From Caecitellus pseudoparvulus (lineage: Eukaryota; Protista; Bigyra: Bicosoecida): 64,000 bases of DNA. Shown in pieces: positions 62,701 to 64,000 of the stretch. The stretch is taken from the NCBI GenBank assembly GCA_965644315.1, contig CBFFRQ010000020.1, forward strand, positions 248,001 to 312,000. Direction: 5' to 3'. Numbering within the stretch: position 1 is the stretch's first letter; every line of letters begins with the position of its first letter. The notes under the pieces were generated by a model. It was not told the origin of the DNA, searched no databases, and saw only the letters and a program-made list of their open reading frames with translations. The position numbers and the translations under genes are program-made.

Positions 62701-63158
62701 GGCAGTTGACCGCCGCTGCCGCCGTGAGCATTGCCGAGGCGGCCTCGTCCATGGAGGGCGAGGCGTCAGCGGCCCGTGTGGAGGGCGTGCTGGCTGGCTT
62801 CTCCCGTGCCGAGCGCCTGGAAGCCATGTTCGAGGCGGCGCCCACGATGCGCAAGGTGCCAGTGTACCAGTGCCTGACCTGCCGCGGGCAGCCGTGCACG
62901 CTGGCACCGCCGCCCCTCTGCCGCTCGGAGGGCCACAACGTGCAGCGCAAGACCAGGAAGCAGTTCGGGTTCCGCTGCACCTCCTGCAGCGCCTTCCTGG
63001 CCACCTGGACCGCCGCGCTGGCCACCCCCTGCCGCCGCTGCGGCTGCCGCTCCTGGCAACCCGCCCCCTTCCTGCACCTGCACAAGGGCCTGGCAGATGT
63101 CAGCCACACTCAGCTCTCCAGCACCGGCGGCGAGGAGGTGCGCTCCCTGCGCCAGTGA
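59743..63158 (+). CDS. MCM10: DNA replication factor Mcm10
   Basis: Intron 59780-59847. SGFRLRQR, WLTIGVI, WVLSD, LLFG and the CCCH finger DYGTCAGTRRDGQPCTAIVN...FCRYH; C-terminal Cys/His clusters. Confidence 0.9.
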
Positions 63159-63197
63159 GACCCGGGGCCGGGGGCCGGGGGGGGCTGCCTGCCTGCA

Positions 63198-63896
63198 TTA
63201 CAAGTCGGTGGCCCACGCCAGCAAGGCATCCAGCTCTCCCTCCCCGGGAGACTCCCGCCCACTGCTCGAGCCGGGGGACTGCCCCCCAGGGGGACCCGTG
63301 CGGGGACCCAGGCGCAGCACGGACAGTGCCGCGTCCACTGCTCCTGGCTGCCCCCCCCCCGCCTCGCCAGGGGGCGCAGGGCTGTCGGGGGTGGCCTCAG
63401 CCGGGGCGGGCGCCGGAGGTACCACCGCTGCGGCTGGTGCAGGGGTGGGAGCGGGTGCCTGCAGCGACAGCAGCGCATCCAGCCGAGCCTGCAGCGCCGC
63501 TTGCGTCGCGGCCTGGGCCGCCAGCTCCTCACGCAGGGCACGCTGCTCTGCTGCCTGCTCCGCCAAGGCCCGCAGCAAGTCAGGGTTGCCAGCTGGTTCG
63601 TCTGGGGGGGGAGCGGTGGAGGCACCCCCCCCCGCAGAGCCAGCAGCACCCACTGCCTGGCCTCCGTACAGCGCCGCCCTCCTGCGCACCTGTTGCAGTG
63701 CCGCGGAGGGCTTCACAGCCCTTGCATGGCGCTGGGCCAGTGCGCCAGACCCGGCTGGGTGCGGGTCGGCCTGGCCTGGCCGCTGAGCATCTGCGGCCTG
63801 CTCCAAAGCATACGCCCGCGGCTGGACACGGGTACCCTGGGCCTGCATGGACCTGTGTCCTGTGGGTACCCGCGGCAGGCGGCTAGCAGCTGTCAT
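63198..63896 (-). CDS. Hypothetical protein with a short coiled coil; true start may lie beyond the window
   Basis: GCCATG at 63896; LLRALAEQAAEQRALREELAAQAATQAALQARLDALL; ends ELDALLAWATDL; convergent with MCM10. Confidence 0.55.
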   Translation of the reverse strand: MTAASRLPRVPTGHRSMQAQGTRVQPRAYALEQAADAQRPGQADPHPAGSGALAQRHARAVKPSAALQQVRRRAALYGGQAVGAAGSAGGGASTAPPPDEPAGNPDLLRALAEQAAEQRALREELAAQAATQAALQARLDALLSLQAPAPTPAPAAAVVPPAPAPAEATPDSPAPPGEAGGGQPGAVDAALSVLRLGPRTGPPGGQSPGSSSGRESPGEGELDALLAWATDL

Positions 63897-64000
63897 GGCG
63901 AAGGCGGCGTGGGTGGCCCACTGCGGAAGGGACCCTGTCAGGCTCGGGACTGGAGGCAGGGGGCGGGGCCCGGGGCGCCGCCCGGTGCCAACGCGGGCAG

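Noticed and set aside
1-64000. CRISPR array, rRNA, tRNA or telomeric repeats
   Set aside because: No repeat-spacer structure, rRNA signature, convincing cloverleaf or telomere tract was seen by eye.

Overview
GC-rich, very compact eukaryotic genomic DNA with short (65-220 bp) GT-AG introns; most likely a flagellated protist (a stramenopile is plausible, but that is inference). Positions 1-28,932 hold one giant minus-strand gene that runs off the left edge: signal peptide, two PSI-type Cys domains, then a >28 kb single exon of Gly/Ser/Ala/Val-rich repeats (at least ~9,500 aa). This exon contains a ~5,262-bp (1,754-codon) near-identical tandem repeat, an in-frame swapped 1.3-kb cassette, and four single-base frameshifts at just two recurring C6/C5 runs. 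The right half holds about 13 closely packed genes: ZMYND12-like, TFIIS-like with an atypical hairpin, a possible INTS1-like protein, CCDC97, a long coiled-coil protein, a YHM2-like mitochondrial carrier, ENKD1, a small unknown gene, an ACL5-type aminopropyltransferase, PLRG1, a signal-peptide-bearing atypical kinase, a kinesin-alpha/beta-hydrolase-transglutaminase-like fusion, MCM10 and an unknown gene at the right edge. The best candidates for novelty are the three-domain kinesin fusion, the giant repeat protein with its recurrent frameshift sites, and a recurring AATGCA hexamer just downstream of stop codons. No rRNA, tRNA, CRISPR array or clear transposon was seen. All family assignments come from motif recognition, not database searches.
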